Part shown: in pieces, positions 37,282 to 46,921 of the stretch
Layout of the letters: the number at the start of each line of letters is the position of its first letter
Numbering within the stretch: position 1 is the stretch's first letter
Assembly (NCBI GenBank): GCA_040769385.1
Contig: JAXGLD010000003.1
Location: 229,458-293,457 of the forward strand
DNA length: 64,000 nucleotides
Direction: 5' to 3'
Source of the DNA: Syntrophomonadaceae bacterium
GTDB taxonomy: Bacteria > Bacillota > Syntrophomonadia > Syntrophomonadales > Syntrophomonadaceae
Notes under the pieces: model-generated
The model's database searches: none
Told to the model about the DNA's origin: nothing
Seen by the model: the letters and a program-made list of their open reading frames with translations, nothing else
Made by a program: the position numbers and the translations under genes

Positions 37282-38184
37282 TCACAAACAGCTTCCATTG
37301 AGAGACTCGCTCCGGCTGGTGACTTTATGATAGGTCCGGTATGATCCCAGCAATCGCAGGTCGGCAACGATATTCCGCAGGCCCCTTAAAGCTTTGCCGA
37401 TGCGTGGTTCCAGTTGATGTCCCTCGATATCGATGAAAAAAAGGTAGTTGCCGATCCTGGTTTTAGCGGGTCGGGATTCAATTTTGCTCATGTTAACTCC
37501 ATAAAGGTAGAATTGCTCCAAGGCTTTAAACAGGGCGCCGGGCCGATCACGCAAAGATATTACCAGTGAAGTCTTATAGGCACCTTTGCCTTCTTTTTCA
37601 CTGTTGGGCGAGGAACGATCCTTACCAGCTGGGGTCAGGATAATGAAACGGGTTTCATTATCGCCGCGATCCTGTATCTCTAGCCGCAAAATGGAAAGCC
37701 CATACGTCCGGGCGGCTGCTTGCGTACCGATGGCTGCCCATGGCAGATTGGATTCCGCCACCCGGTGAGCAGCCTCGGCAGTGCTGGCCATGGTTACCAG
37801 GTTAATATCACCCAGGCTTTTGGAGAGATATTGGCGGCACTGAGCCAAGGCTTGCGGGTGCGACAGTACTTGGGTGATATTTTCCAGCTTCACCCCGGGG
37901 CGGGCCAGGAGATTATGCCTGACGGGGAGAATCACCTCGCCCGCGATCTCCAGAGGGTATTCATAAGCCAACAAGTCCAGGGTCAAGTTTACTGATCCTT
38001 CACAGGAGTTCTCGACCGGGACGATCCCGCAATCGGCTTCGTGACAGTGCACTGCGGCAAATACTCCATCTATGGAAGAACAGGGTATTAGTTCCCAGTT
38101 GTTATTCGGGTTGGTCATTACCTGGGCCGCTTCTTCGCAAAAGGTTCCGGCCGGTCCCAGGTAACCCATTTTTCTTTTCATCAC
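37282..38184 (-). CDS. pheA: prephenate dehydratase
   Basis: GYLGPAGTFCEEAA N-terminus, a TRF motif (NETRFIIL), and a C-terminal ACT domain (IESRP). Confidence 0.9.
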   Translation of the reverse strand: MMKRKMGYLGPAGTFCEEAAQVMTNPNNNWELIPCSSIDGVFAAVHCHEADCGIVPVENSCEGSVNLTLDLLAYEYPLEIAGEVILPVRHNLLARPGVKLENITQVLSHPQALAQCRQYLSKSLGDINLVTMASTAEAAHRVAESNLPWAAIGTQAAARTYGLSILRLEIQDRGDNETRFIILTPAGKDRSSPNSEKEGKGAYKTSLVISLRDRPGALFKALEQFYLYGVNMSKIESRPAKTRIGNYLFFIDIEGHQLEPRIGKALRGLRNIVADLRLLGSYRTYHKVTSRSESLNGSCL

Positions 38185-38196
38185 CCAAGCTCCTTT

Positions 38197-39240
38197 CTAA
38201 GCAACCTCGTGGGGGATACTGGTGCCGGCTAAATTCCTGCCGACCGCTGCAGCAATTAGGGATAATTGTTGCATTAATTGCTCCAACTCGGGAGGAGTAA
38301 GCGACTGAGGTCCATCTGACAGGGCTTTGGCAGGCTCGGGGTGCATCTCCAGGATAAGTCCATCCGCCCCTGCCGCTATGGCAGCCATAGACATGGGCAG
38401 AACCAGTCCCCGGTCGCCGGTGCCGTGACTGGGATCAACCAGGATCGGGAGGTGGCTTAGTCGCTTGACCAGTGGCACGGCACTCAGATCCAAGGTGTTG
38501 CGGGTGGCCGTCTCGAAGGTGCGGATACCTCTCTCACACAGTATCACCCGGCTGTTGCCTTCGGACATGATGTATTCGGCCGCCATCAGCCACTCCTCTA
38601 CAGTTGCGGACATACCGCGCTTGAGCAGCACCGGCTTATCAGTCTGACCCACTGCCTTTAGCAACCGGAAATTTTGCATGTTCCTGGCTCCTACCTGCAC
38701 CATATCTACATAGTCCAGAGCCATTTGCAGGCTAGCTTCATCGATGACTTCTGTTACTACAGGCAGACCTGTCGTTTGCGAGGCTTCTTTTAGTATCTTA
38801 AGCCCTTCTTCTTCAAGACCCTGGAAACTGTAAGGGGAGGTGCGAGGTTTGAACGCGCCGCCCCTTATAATCTGGGCTCCGGCCTGCCGCACCTGATGGG
38901 CAGAGGTAAGCAATTGGGGACGACTCTCTACCGCGCAGGGACCGGCAATAATGGTCAGATCCGCCCCTCCCACCGTAACCGCTCCTACTTGGATGGTTGT
39001 GTTATCTCCTTTGCATTCCCGGCTGACCAGTTTGTACGGCTTCATAATGGGGACAATTTTCTCCACCCCGGGCATCAGCTGCAAGTCCTGCAAGTCGCTG
39101 ACCGGCCGGTCTCCCACAGCGCCTATCACAATGCGTTTAACGCCTCTGATCAGCTGGGTCTGGAAACCCAACCTGTCCAACATTGTGTTTACCGCCTCGA
39201 TTTGCTGAACGCTCGACGTCATTTCCATCACTACTACCAT
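38197..39240 (-). CDS. aroF: 3-deoxy-7-phosphoheptulonate (DAHP) synthase, type I-beta with N-terminal ferredoxin-like regulatory domain
   Basis: About 70 aa of ACT/FL-like N-domain, then a KDO8PS-like barrel ([28 protein letters not shown]). GGGAGG lies 7 nt upstream of ATG 39240. Confidence 0.9.
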   Translation of the reverse strand: MVVVMEMTSSVQQIEAVNTMLDRLGFQTQLIRGVKRIVIGAVGDRPVSDLQDLQLMPGVEKIVPIMKPYKLVSRECKGDNTTIQVGAVTVGGADLTIIAGPCAVESRPQLLTSAHQVRQAGAQIIRGGAFKPRTSPYSFQGLEEEGLKILKEASQTTGLPVVTEVIDEASLQMALDYVDMVQVGARNMQNFRLLKAVGQTDKPVLLKRGMSATVEEWLMAAEYIMSEGNSRVILCERGIRTFETATRNTLDLSAVPLVKRLSHLPILVDPSHGTGDRGLVLPMSMAAIAAGADGLILEMHPEPAKALSDGPQSLTPPELEQLMQQLSLIAAAVGRNLAGTSIPHEVA

Positions 39241-39254
39241 TTTGATTCCTCCCT

Positions 39255-39341
39255 AAAAATATTTGTGCCCATAGCCTATGCCCCAAAGGGACGCAAGCTA
39301 TGGGCTTCCGTGGTACCACCCTTGTTGATCCATAAAGGACC
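39255..39341 (-). promoter_or_regulatory. second T-box expression platform (Stem III-like hairpin, T-box core, competing terminator) with no recognisable Stem I
   Basis: Minus strand: GGUCC-UUUAU-GGAUC, then AACAAGGGUGGUACCACGG (core at 39308-39321), then GCCCAUAGC...GCUAUGGGC followed by ACAAAUAUUUUU. Confidence 0.6.
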
Positions 39342-39378
39342 CACTCACCAAGATACGGGAAAAATCAATCCCCCTGAT

Positions 39379-39690
39379 AAACAAAAAAGCCTTCCATCCC
39401 AAGGGACGAAAAGCTACCTGCTTACCGCGTTACCACCCAAGTTGACCTGCCACGGGGACAGATCCGCTCTGACAAAGGTGCGGGAACTGTTGTTCCGATA
39501 CCTCCTTCCTTTTAACGTTGGAAGACTACGGCTCAGCCTACTCATCCTCTAGGGGATTCAGCCTGCGACTCCGGAGAGAACTTCGATCAATCATGCTTTG
39601 AAAGCGCTTCCAGTCGATGACGCTTTCTCCCTGTAAAGCTGGGGTTGACCTACTTTGCTCCTTCATGGTCATTACCAAGATGAAATTACT
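39379..39690 (-). promoter_or_regulatory. T-box riboswitch, Phe (UUC) specifier, leader of aroF-pheA
   Basis: Minus strand: AGUA S-turn, AG bulge ACAGGGAG, and distal hairpin GAAAGCG/CGCUUUC. Specifier strand GAAGUUCU, core GGGUGGUAACGCGG (39425-39438), then a terminator stem followed by CUUUUUUGUUU. Confidence 0.8.
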
Positions 39691-39694
39691 AGAC

Positions 39695-39723
39695 AGTATA
39701 GCACTGGCGCGAAGGTGAATCAA
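39695..39723 (-). promoter_or_regulatory. sigma-A promoter of the aroF T-box leader
   Basis: Minus strand: TTGATT, 17 nt, TATACT. Immediately downstream of the aroB stop. Confidence 0.55.
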
Positions 39724-39741
39724 TAGCCGATTTTGATTTCT

Positions 39742-40806
39742 TTAGTACAATACCCGGGCTATTTGGCTTTCACTAATATTGGCAAATACCTGGCTGGAAC
39801 CTATCCCGGTTGGCAAGACTAGTTGCAGCTGGCCGCCAACGCTCTTTTTGTCTTTGCGCATTTGGTTAATAATATCACTGCTGACCAACCGCTCATATGT
39901 GGTCGGCAAGCCCAAGGAAACTATGAGGTTTTGGATCCGATCATGATCACTGGACGACAATACACCAGATTCGGCTGCCAGACGGGCAGCCAATACGATA
40001 CCAATAGCTACCGCCTCACCATGATTATAGCGGCGATAACCGGTTAAGGCCTCCAAAGCATGCCCGAAGGTGTGACCAAGATTCAGCAGGGCTCGGATGC
40101 CTCCCTCTGTTTCGTCCTGAGCGACTATATCTGCTTTGATCGCGCAGCAGCGGTGCACAATCTGCTGCAGGCATTCCGGGTCGCGGCTTCCGATCGCAGT
40201 CTGGTTTTGCTCCAAGAAGCCGAAGAAACCACTATCCCATATAATCCCGTATTTAATCACTTCAGCCAGACCGGTCAGGTATTCTCTTTCCGGCAAGGTC
40301 TTGATGAAGGAGACGTCGATGAAGACCAGAGAAGGCTGATGAAAGGTTCCAACCAGGTTTTTGCCTTGAGGCAGGTTGACCCCGGTCTTGCCCCCCACAC
40401 TGCTGTCGACCTGGGCCAGAAGGGTGGTGGGTACTTGAATATAGCGAATCCCCCGCATATAGATGGAGGCGGCAAAGCCAGCCACGTCGCCAGGAATGCC
40501 TCCTCCCAGGGCTATCACCGTCGAATGGCGATCCAGACCTAATTCCACCATCTTTTCTGTCAAGGTTCCAACGGTAGTCAGGTTTTTATGATCCTCACCG
40601 CCGGGAAAGACTGCCAGTTCAACCTTAAAACCGCCCGACCGCATCAACTCCAGCACGCGGTTACCGGCAATCTCAGCCACCTTGGCGTCGGTGATGATCA
40701 TCATGGCCGAGGTCCTGGGGATGAAGTCCAGCCAAGGCATCAATTGCGGCAGCCAGTCGTTGCCGATATGTATCTCGTAGCTGCGATCCCCCAGTTCAAC
40801 CCGCAT
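39742..40806 (-). CDS. aroB: 3-dehydroquinate synthase
   Basis: GGGIPGDVAGFAASIYMRGIRYIQVPTTLLAQVDSSVGGKTGVN and NLGHTFGHALE motifs. 354 aa. Confidence 0.93.
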   Translation of the reverse strand: MRVELGDRSYEIHIGNDWLPQLMPWLDFIPRTSAMMIITDAKVAEIAGNRVLELMRSGGFKVELAVFPGGEDHKNLTTVGTLTEKMVELGLDRHSTVIALGGGIPGDVAGFAASIYMRGIRYIQVPTTLLAQVDSSVGGKTGVNLPQGKNLVGTFHQPSLVFIDVSFIKTLPEREYLTGLAEVIKYGIIWDSGFFGFLEQNQTAIGSRDPECLQQIVHRCCAIKADIVAQDETEGGIRALLNLGHTFGHALEALTGYRRYNHGEAVAIGIVLAARLAAESGVLSSSDHDRIQNLIVSLGLPTTYERLVSSDIINQMRKDKKSVGGQLQLVLPTGIGSSQVFANISESQIARVLY

Positions 40807-40858
40807 GACATGTTCTCCCCAATCGTGCTATTTCATCTATGCCTATTAAATCATGGTC

Positions 40859-42142
40859 CTATTCATAAAGACTTGCCAGTGTCGATTCAAACCCAGGGAA
40901 AGATATGTCTATGCATTCCGCTCCGTGCACAATGGTTGGGCCATTGGCCACCAGGCCCATCAAGGCGCAAGCCATGGCAATACGGTGGTCATGATAGGAT
41001 TCGCAAACCGCGCCCTCATAATTACGGCCGCCCTTTATTATCAGACCATCTTCGGTTTCATCGATGCTGACTCCAAAACGTCTTAATTCCGTCGCTATAG
41101 CTTGAAGACGGTTGCTCTCTTTAACCTTGAGTTCGGTGGCATCCCTGATTATGGTGGTACCCTCGGCGGCTGCTGCGGCCACCGCCAGGACCGGTATCTC
41201 ATCAATCAAGCGGGGGATTAAGCTGCCGCCAATGCTTACACCCTTTAGTCCGTGACCTGATACGGTAATATCGCCCATGGGTTCGCCGGAAGTCAGACTC
41301 TGGTTGGTAATGGTTATATCCGCCCCCATCTCGCGCAAGACATCCAGGATACCGGTTCGGGTCGGATTGAGACCTACCTTGGAGATGGTGAGGCATGAGC
41401 CTGGCACAATGGCCCCGGCTACCAGGAAGAAGGCTGCCGATGATATATCCCCGGGGACCGTAATCGGCTGGGCGGTGAGTGGTCCCGGTCCAATGGAGGT
41501 GGTTAAACCTTCGATTTTAATGTTGGCGCCAAAAGCCGCCAGCATTTTTTCGGTATGGTCTCTGGATAAAGCCGGTTCGGTAACCGAGGTGACTCCCTGC
41601 CCATAAAGCCCGGCCAGCAGTACCGCCGATTTTATCTGGGCGCTGGCCACCGGGGTCAGATAATCGATAGCCCGTAGATGGCCCCCTTTTATAGCCAGGG
41701 GAGCAAAACGGCCGTTGCCGCGACCCCAGACCTGGGCTCCCATTTGGCGTAAAGGCTCGGCTATGCGGGCCATAGGACGCCTGCGGATGGTATGGTCGCC
41801 GGTCAAGATCGATAGGAATTCCTGGCCCGCCAATACCCCCGCCAACAAACGCATGGTGGTGCCGGAGTTGCCGACATCCAAATAATCGTCCGGCTCTTTC
41901 AGGCCATCCAAACTACAACCATGGACCTGCAACCGGTTTGGTGCCAATTCAGTGATCTCCACTCCCAGTTGCCTGATACAGCGTACCGTGCTCCAGCAAT
42001 CCTGTCCGGGCAAAAAATTGTCGATGCTGGTAATGCCATTAGCGATCGCTCCCAGTATAACCGAGCGATGGGAAATGGATTTGTCTCCCGGTATGGATAG
42101 GGTTCGGGTTACGGGCTGCAGAGGATTGACCATCAAGTTCAT
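40859..42142 (-). CDS. aroA: 3-phosphoshikimate 1-carboxyvinyltransferase (EPSP synthase)
   Basis: IPGDKSISHRSVILGA, LDVGNSGTTMRLLAG, and DHRIAMA near the C-terminus. 427 aa. Confidence 0.93.
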   Translation of the reverse strand: MNLMVNPLQPVTRTLSIPGDKSISHRSVILGAIANGITSIDNFLPGQDCWSTVRCIRQLGVEITELAPNRLQVHGCSLDGLKEPDDYLDVGNSGTTMRLLAGVLAGQEFLSILTGDHTIRRRPMARIAEPLRQMGAQVWGRGNGRFAPLAIKGGHLRAIDYLTPVASAQIKSAVLLAGLYGQGVTSVTEPALSRDHTEKMLAAFGANIKIEGLTTSIGPGPLTAQPITVPGDISSAAFFLVAGAIVPGSCLTISKVGLNPTRTGILDVLREMGADITITNQSLTSGEPMGDITVSGHGLKGVSIGGSLIPRLIDEIPVLAVAAAAAEGTTIIRDATELKVKESNRLQAIATELRRFGVSIDETEDGLIIKGGRNYEGAVCESYHDHRIAMACALMGLVANGPTIVHGAECIDISFPGFESTLASLYE

Positions 42143-42336
42143 TTGTCATCTCTCTTTTCCATGGAATTTACCTTTAAGAATGCGGAGGTTAGGTAATAAT
42201 TATAATCGAAAGAAGCAGGAAAACAAAACCAAGGGTCTGGTTTATTTAGGCATGTGGTTGCAGTATAATCGTTTTAGGAAAAAAATCACAAGTCTACAAT
42301 AGTCTAGATAGAATTGAGAGAAAAGGAGTGTAACGG

Positions 42337-43338
42337 GTGAAAAGAAAAACTCTTACCTTATTGATCCTGGGTATGTTCTTGGTTGTTCTCGGTGGTTGCC
42401 AGACCGCCAATCAACCATCCTCTCAGCCCAATCAACCCACTGCGGCCGTAAACTTAAAGGTGGCCGTATTGAGAGGGCCCACCGCCCTTAGTATGGTCCA
42501 AATGCTGGATGCCCGGCCCAGCTTGGGAGAGAACGTTCAAGCCGAATACATCATCGAACAGTCCCCGGATACGCTTAATGCCAAACTGCTGACCGGTGAG
42601 ATCGCGATGGCCACAATTCCCACCAATATGGCTGCCAAGCTGTACAACAAAGGAGTCAATTATCAGCTGGCGGCGATGAATACCTGGGGCGTATTATATG
42701 TGGTTACCAACGGCGATGTAGTTGAGAGCTGGTCTGATCTAAAAGGCAAAAACATCGATAATAGCGGCCAGGGAGCTGCCACCGACGTGGTCTTCCGATA
42801 TTTGCTCAGTAAGAATGGAATCGACCCGGAAAAAGATGTCACCATTAAGTACGTGCCCAGTCCGGCGGAGCAAGCCCAATTGGCCATCGCCGGTAAAAGC
42901 GATATTACTGTCCTTCCCGAACCCTGGGTGTCGACTGTGTTGAATAGGAATAAAGACCTTAAATTAGCCCTGGACATGCAGCAGGAGTGGGTCCGAATCA
43001 ACGGCGCCGATGTGCCCTTCGCCCAGACCTGCCTGGTGGTCAACGCCGACTTTGCCAAGAATAACCCGGCTGTAGTGACCAAATTCCTGGAAGAATATGC
43101 AGCCGCAATAGACTGGGTCAATAAGAATCCGGCCGCCGCCGGCGAACTGATCAAGAAACAGGACATCGGCATCCCGGCCGACGTTGCCGCCGCTGCTATT
43201 CCTCGCTGCAACCTGCGCTATATGAGCGCTATCGATGCCAAGCCGGCGGTGGAAAAATACTTGCAGGTGCTCCTGGACTTCTCCCCTGATTCTATAGGAG
43301 GGAAACTTCCAGATGCGAAATTCTACTATCAGAAATAG
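42337..43338 (+). CDS. ABC transporter substrate-binding lipoprotein (NMT1/THI5-like, NitT/TauT family)
   Basis: Lipobox LGGC after a signal peptide. Periplasmic-binding fold typical of sulfonate/nitrate/HMP-type SBPs. Confidence 0.75.
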   Translation: MKRKTLTLLILGMFLVVLGGCQTANQPSSQPNQPTAAVNLKVAVLRGPTALSMVQMLDARPSLGENVQAEYIIEQSPDTLNAKLLTGEIAMATIPTNMAAKLYNKGVNYQLAAMNTWGVLYVVTNGDVVESWSDLKGKNIDNSGQGAATDVVFRYLLSKNGIDPEKDVTIKYVPSPAEQAQLAIAGKSDITVLPEPWVSTVLNRNKDLKLALDMQQEWVRINGADVPFAQTCLVVNADFAKNNPAVVTKFLEEYAAAIDWVNKNPAAAGELIKKQDIGIPADVAAAAIPRCNLRYMSAIDAKPAVEKYLQVLLDFSPDSIGGKLPDAKFYYQK

Positions 43339-44065
43339 CCTGCTCAGCGCAGCTTCCATATTGGCTCTACTGCTGGTATGGAAGCTGCTGGCGGTTTATT
43401 GGAACCAGGAATTGATCATGCCCTCACCGGAAACCACCTTGGTGACAATGTGGCAGGTGATCCAGGCCGATGGCTTCTGGCAGTCGGTAGGTTATACCCT
43501 GGGTCGGGGATTGCTGGGTTTTGTGATTTCCTGCGCAGTTGGGGTTTTGGCCGGCTTTGCGGCTGGATTCAGTCCTCCGGTTATGTGGCTGCTGCAGCCC
43601 TGGGTAACGGTTATCCGGACTATTCCCGTCATGTCGGTTATCATCTTGGCCATTATCTGGTTTAGAACCGATATTGTGCCGATCTTCGTCACTTTCCTGA
43701 TGATATTTCCCATCATATACAGCAATGTTTTGTCCGGTATTAAGAATATAGACAATCGGCTTTTGGAGATGGCCCATATTTACAGGGTTAGACCCCGGCG
43801 TATTATGACCGAACTATATTTCCCAGCCATACTGCCTTATTTGATGGCCGGAGCCTCCAACGCCATGGGCATCACCTGGAAGGTGATAATCGCAGCGGAA
43901 ATCCTAAGCCAGCCCCGGTTCGCTATCGGCACCAACCTGATGGTAGCCAAGATCGACCTGGAGACAGCCCGGGTGTTCGCCTGGACGGCAGTAGCCATCG
44001 CCATCAGTTTTGTCCTGGAATACGGCCTCAATACCCTGGAGAATAGACTGAAAAAATGGGGTTAA
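43313..44065 (+). CDS. ABC transporter permease (NitT/TauT family)
   Basis: Six TM helices. EAA-like loop (MAHIYRVRPRRIMTELYFPAILPY). Overlaps the SBP gene end. Confidence 0.8.
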   Translation: MRNSTIRNSLLSAASILALLLVWKLLAVYWNQELIMPSPETTLVTMWQVIQADGFWQSVGYTLGRGLLGFVISCAVGVLAGFAAGFSPPVMWLLQPWVTVIRTIPVMSVIILAIIWFRTDIVPIFVTFLMIFPIIYSNVLSGIKNIDNRLLEMAHIYRVRPRRIMTELYFPAILPYLMAGASNAMGITWKVIIAAEILSQPRFAIGTNLMVAKIDLETARVFAWTAVAIAISFVLEYGLNTLENRLKKWG

Positions 44066-44069
44066 GCAG

Positions 44070-44783
44070 ATGACCTTCAGTTTACGGGATATCGATGTAA
44101 CCTTCGATGATCTACCTGTATTAAAGAATCTAACCATGGAAATGGATGAGCACCAACTGATTTGTATCCTGGGTCCGTCCGGGGCGGGCAAGACCACCTT
44201 GCTCAACCTGATGTCCGGATCGTTGCAGCCGGATCGAGGGCAAATCCAGGGTTTCGAGGGCAAGAGTATCAGCTATCTGTTTCAGGAAACCAGATTGTTG
44301 CGGTGGAAGACGGTTGAAGGCAACATCGATTTTGTCCTCAAGGACCATCTCAGTAAAATGGAGCGGGTTGAGATCATCAACCGCTATATTGAAATGGTGG
44401 GGCTAAGTGAATTCAGACGCTACTACCCGGACCAATTGAGCGGGGGGATGAAGCAGAGGGTAGCCATCGCCCGGGCATTCGCCTTTCCATCCGATATACT
44501 GCTCATGGATGAACCCTTCAAGGGATTGGATCTGCAGCTGAAGAGTGCCCTTATGCAGGCCTTTATCGACGTGTGGTTGACTGATAAACGCAGTGTCTTC
44601 TTCATAACCCATGACTTGGATGAGGCCGTGCTGTTGGGAGAGAAGATATATGTTTTCACCCCCAGCCCCGGTAGGGTCAAGGGTGTGATCACCAATTCCA
44701 TTCCCCACAAAGAAAGAAATCTCAACTCCGACTCGCTCCGATCTATAGAGGACCGCCTGATCGAGCTGATTACTGCTCCATAA
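44070..44783 (+). CDS. ABC transporter ATP-binding protein (NitT/TauT family)
   Basis: Walker A GPSGAGKTT, signature LSGGMKQRVAIARA, Walker B LLMDEPF. Confidence 0.88.
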   Translation: MTFSLRDIDVTFDDLPVLKNLTMEMDEHQLICILGPSGAGKTTLLNLMSGSLQPDRGQIQGFEGKSISYLFQETRLLRWKTVEGNIDFVLKDHLSKMERVEIINRYIEMVGLSEFRRYYPDQLSGGMKQRVAIARAFAFPSDILLMDEPFKGLDLQLKSALMQAFIDVWLTDKRSVFFITHDLDEAVLLGEKIYVFTPSPGRVKGVITNSIPHKERNLNSDSLRSIEDRLIELITAP

Positions 44784-44798
44784 ATCACCCCCAACCGG

Positions 44799-45713
44799 TT
44801 ACAGATGTTCCTGTTTGACACCTTCGGGCTCCAACTGGGCCTGGTCCTTTGGCCGGATGGCCAGGAACATGCTCGCCAGCACCATCCCGGAGCCGATAAT
44901 TTCCTTGAGCGTGAGTGTTTCGCCCAGGATCAGGTATGCCAGAATAAGACAAAATACCGGTTCTGCAGTGCTGATGAGAGTGGCGCGGGTGGCACCGATC
45001 TGCTGGAGCCCTTTCAAAAAGAAGAGTACTGCCATCAGGGTATTGAAGCAGGCCATTGAGGTCGTTACCAGCAGTTGGCGCCAGGTAAGGTGGAATACGA
45101 CGCCGGCCTCCTGAGGGTATACCGGACCAACAATGAATATTGCCACCAGAGCAATGGTAGCGGTTATAGACAACGGTTTACCGTTGGCAACTGTCTTTTG
45201 TCCTGCCAGACCGTAAAACGCGTAGCACAAGCAGGCCAGTAGGGCATAGACGATGCCGATCCCAGATGCCGGGGAGGAAGAGCCATTGTGCAATCCGGAC
45301 AGCAAAAAGACGCCGGTCAAAGCCAGTGCCAAACCAGCCAACACCTGCGGAGCCAATGATTCCTTGTATATAACCGTGCCCATTATTGCCACCAGGGCTG
45401 GGTGGGCGAAGAAAATCACCGTAGCCAATCCGGCTGACAGGTACTCCAGGGCAAAAAAATATAACAGGCCGCCCGCCGTCAATAAGACCCCCTGGGCAAT
45501 AACAAGAGGCGTGACAGTAAGCAGCGGTTCCCTCTTGATGCCAACCAACAATACTACCAAAAGCAGAAAAGAAAACAGATAACGGAGAAAGAGGGTGCTT
45601 TCCGGACTCAGGCCTTCCGCATAGGCCATTTTTACCAGCACGGGCAGGGTCGCATACATCAGAGCCGAGAATAAAATAAAGAGCGAGCCTTTTAGTTCTT
45701 TTGAGGGGGTCAT
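44799..45713 (-). CDS. DMT-superfamily (EamA) transporter
   Basis: Ten TM helices arranged as two EamA repeats. 304 aa. Confidence 0.8.
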   Translation of the reverse strand: MTPSKELKGSLFILFSALMYATLPVLVKMAYAEGLSPESTLFLRYLFSFLLLVVLLVGIKREPLLTVTPLVIAQGVLLTAGGLLYFFALEYLSAGLATVIFFAHPALVAIMGTVIYKESLAPQVLAGLALALTGVFLLSGLHNGSSSPASGIGIVYALLACLCYAFYGLAGQKTVANGKPLSITATIALVAIFIVGPVYPQEAGVVFHLTWRQLLVTTSMACFNTLMAVLFFLKGLQQIGATRATLISTAEPVFCLILAYLILGETLTLKEIIGSGMVLASMFLAIRPKDQAQLEPEGVKQEHL

Positions 45714-46043
45714 ATGTCTTTCACCTTTCAGGGCTAATCATTCACCATAGTATATAGCTAAAACCAGCTTTTGGGTAAGGATCAGGAGGGTAAAAAATGA
45801 GCAGGACATTGCTGCTGGAGCAAATTCGTGCTATATTGTATAATCTGCAGTATGCTTTGATAAGGATCCGCTTGAAGGAGTATGTTGCAGCGATCACCGG
45901 GACACGGCAGCCAGCTGGAACTAAAATCAACTGTTTTTTCCGGTGGGGTTCACATATAATCTTATTAACAAACGTAATATTAATTGTGGCAAAAGCTCGA
46001 CTTTGGCATAAAGTCCGAGCTGAAGGATGCGGAGGTGACGTTT

Positions 46044-46436
46044 ATGAAAAACAGATGGGGCAAAGGAGAACCAGTGAACCTGTCCGACCTTCTGAGGATT
46101 ACGCCGGTTGCTGATGAGATAATGCATCTCAGCGAAGAGTTAGGTATGAGCCTGACCGATGTAATGTGGATAGTGTCCCAGATTATAGAGAATAACGATG
46201 AAATAGACAGGGAACACGATTCCGAGAATGTGCAGGGGTTATCTGAACAAGAATGGGATAATATAGATCTAGAGAGCGTTGAAGATGAGATCGACCGGTC
46301 CATGTATATGGTCAATGTAAAAATAAACGGTCCGGGCAGGTTCCCGGAGATCGGTTTTAAGGCAGGCGTCAATGATACCGAGGACATGAACTACTTTTTT
46401 GATATGATCCTGGAGATGATGGAGAAACTGGACTAG
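46044..46436 (+). CDS. hypothetical acidic protein (130 aa)
   Basis: ATG 46044 lies 5 nt after GGAGGTGA. A strong terminator follows. No motif recognised. Confidence 0.55.
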   Translation: MKNRWGKGEPVNLSDLLRITPVADEIMHLSEELGMSLTDVMWIVSQIIENNDEIDREHDSENVQGLSEQEWDNIDLESVEDEIDRSMYMVNVKINGPGRFPEIGFKAGVNDTEDMNYFFDMILEMMEKLD

Positions 46437-46445
46437 ACAGGTTGG

Positions 46446-46478
46446 AGGCCCGGGACAATACCCGGGCCTTCTTTTATT
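46446..46478 (+). terminator. rho-independent terminator
   Basis: AGGCCCGGG-ACAATA-CCCGGGCCT followed by TCTTTTATT. Confidence 0.8.
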
Positions 46479-46825
46479 ATCTTCTATAAATGGTTGCAGA
46501 TTTTGATGGAAAGTTAAGAATAAATAGGGATGGCGTCACGTCCTGGCAACGTCCTTATGGATACCGGTTTTAATGCCGGTTTTTTTGTTTTTTTGATAAT
46601 GCAGTGAATAATCACCAAAACCACATCTAATTAATATATTAATTGTTAGAAATCAAGGGAAATCAATGCCTGCAACCCCTGGGAATATATGGACATTATT
46701 GAAGCTATAGGATTATAATAATATTCAAACTTGGAAAGCGCCAAACTATGAATATGGTTCTAAGGGTAAAGTAGGCGCATAGAATATATTCAGGGGTAAA
46801 AACAGACGAGGAAGGGGGGATCGAT

Positions 46826-46921
46826 ATGGATTATAAGCTGATCGATGAGATCCTGCGCGAAATCGGGCTGGAACGAATCGAAGACGAAGAGTCGGATCAA
46901 CAACAAAAAGGAGCCATTTAA
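46826..46921 (+). CDS. candidate 31-aa acidic small protein
   Basis: GGGGGG lies 6 nt upstream of the ATG. Sequence MDYKLIDEILREIGLERIEDEESDQQQKGAI. The stop sits inside a 10-bp hairpin (AGGAGCCATT/AATGGCTCCT). Too short for the ORF track. Confidence 0.3.
   Translation: MDYKLIDEILREIGLERIEDEESDQQQKGAI

Noticed and set aside
39538-39723. 61-aa minus-strand ORF between aroB and aroF.
   Set aside because: It coincides with the promoter and Stem I of the Phe T-box leader. The RNA-structure explanation is much stronger.
42143-42336. Looked for a TPP (THI-box) or other riboswitch upstream of the NMT1/THI5-like ABC transporter.
   Set aside because: There is no CUGAGA...ACCUGA-type core and no leader terminator. 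The 194-bp spacer looks like a plain divergent promoter region.
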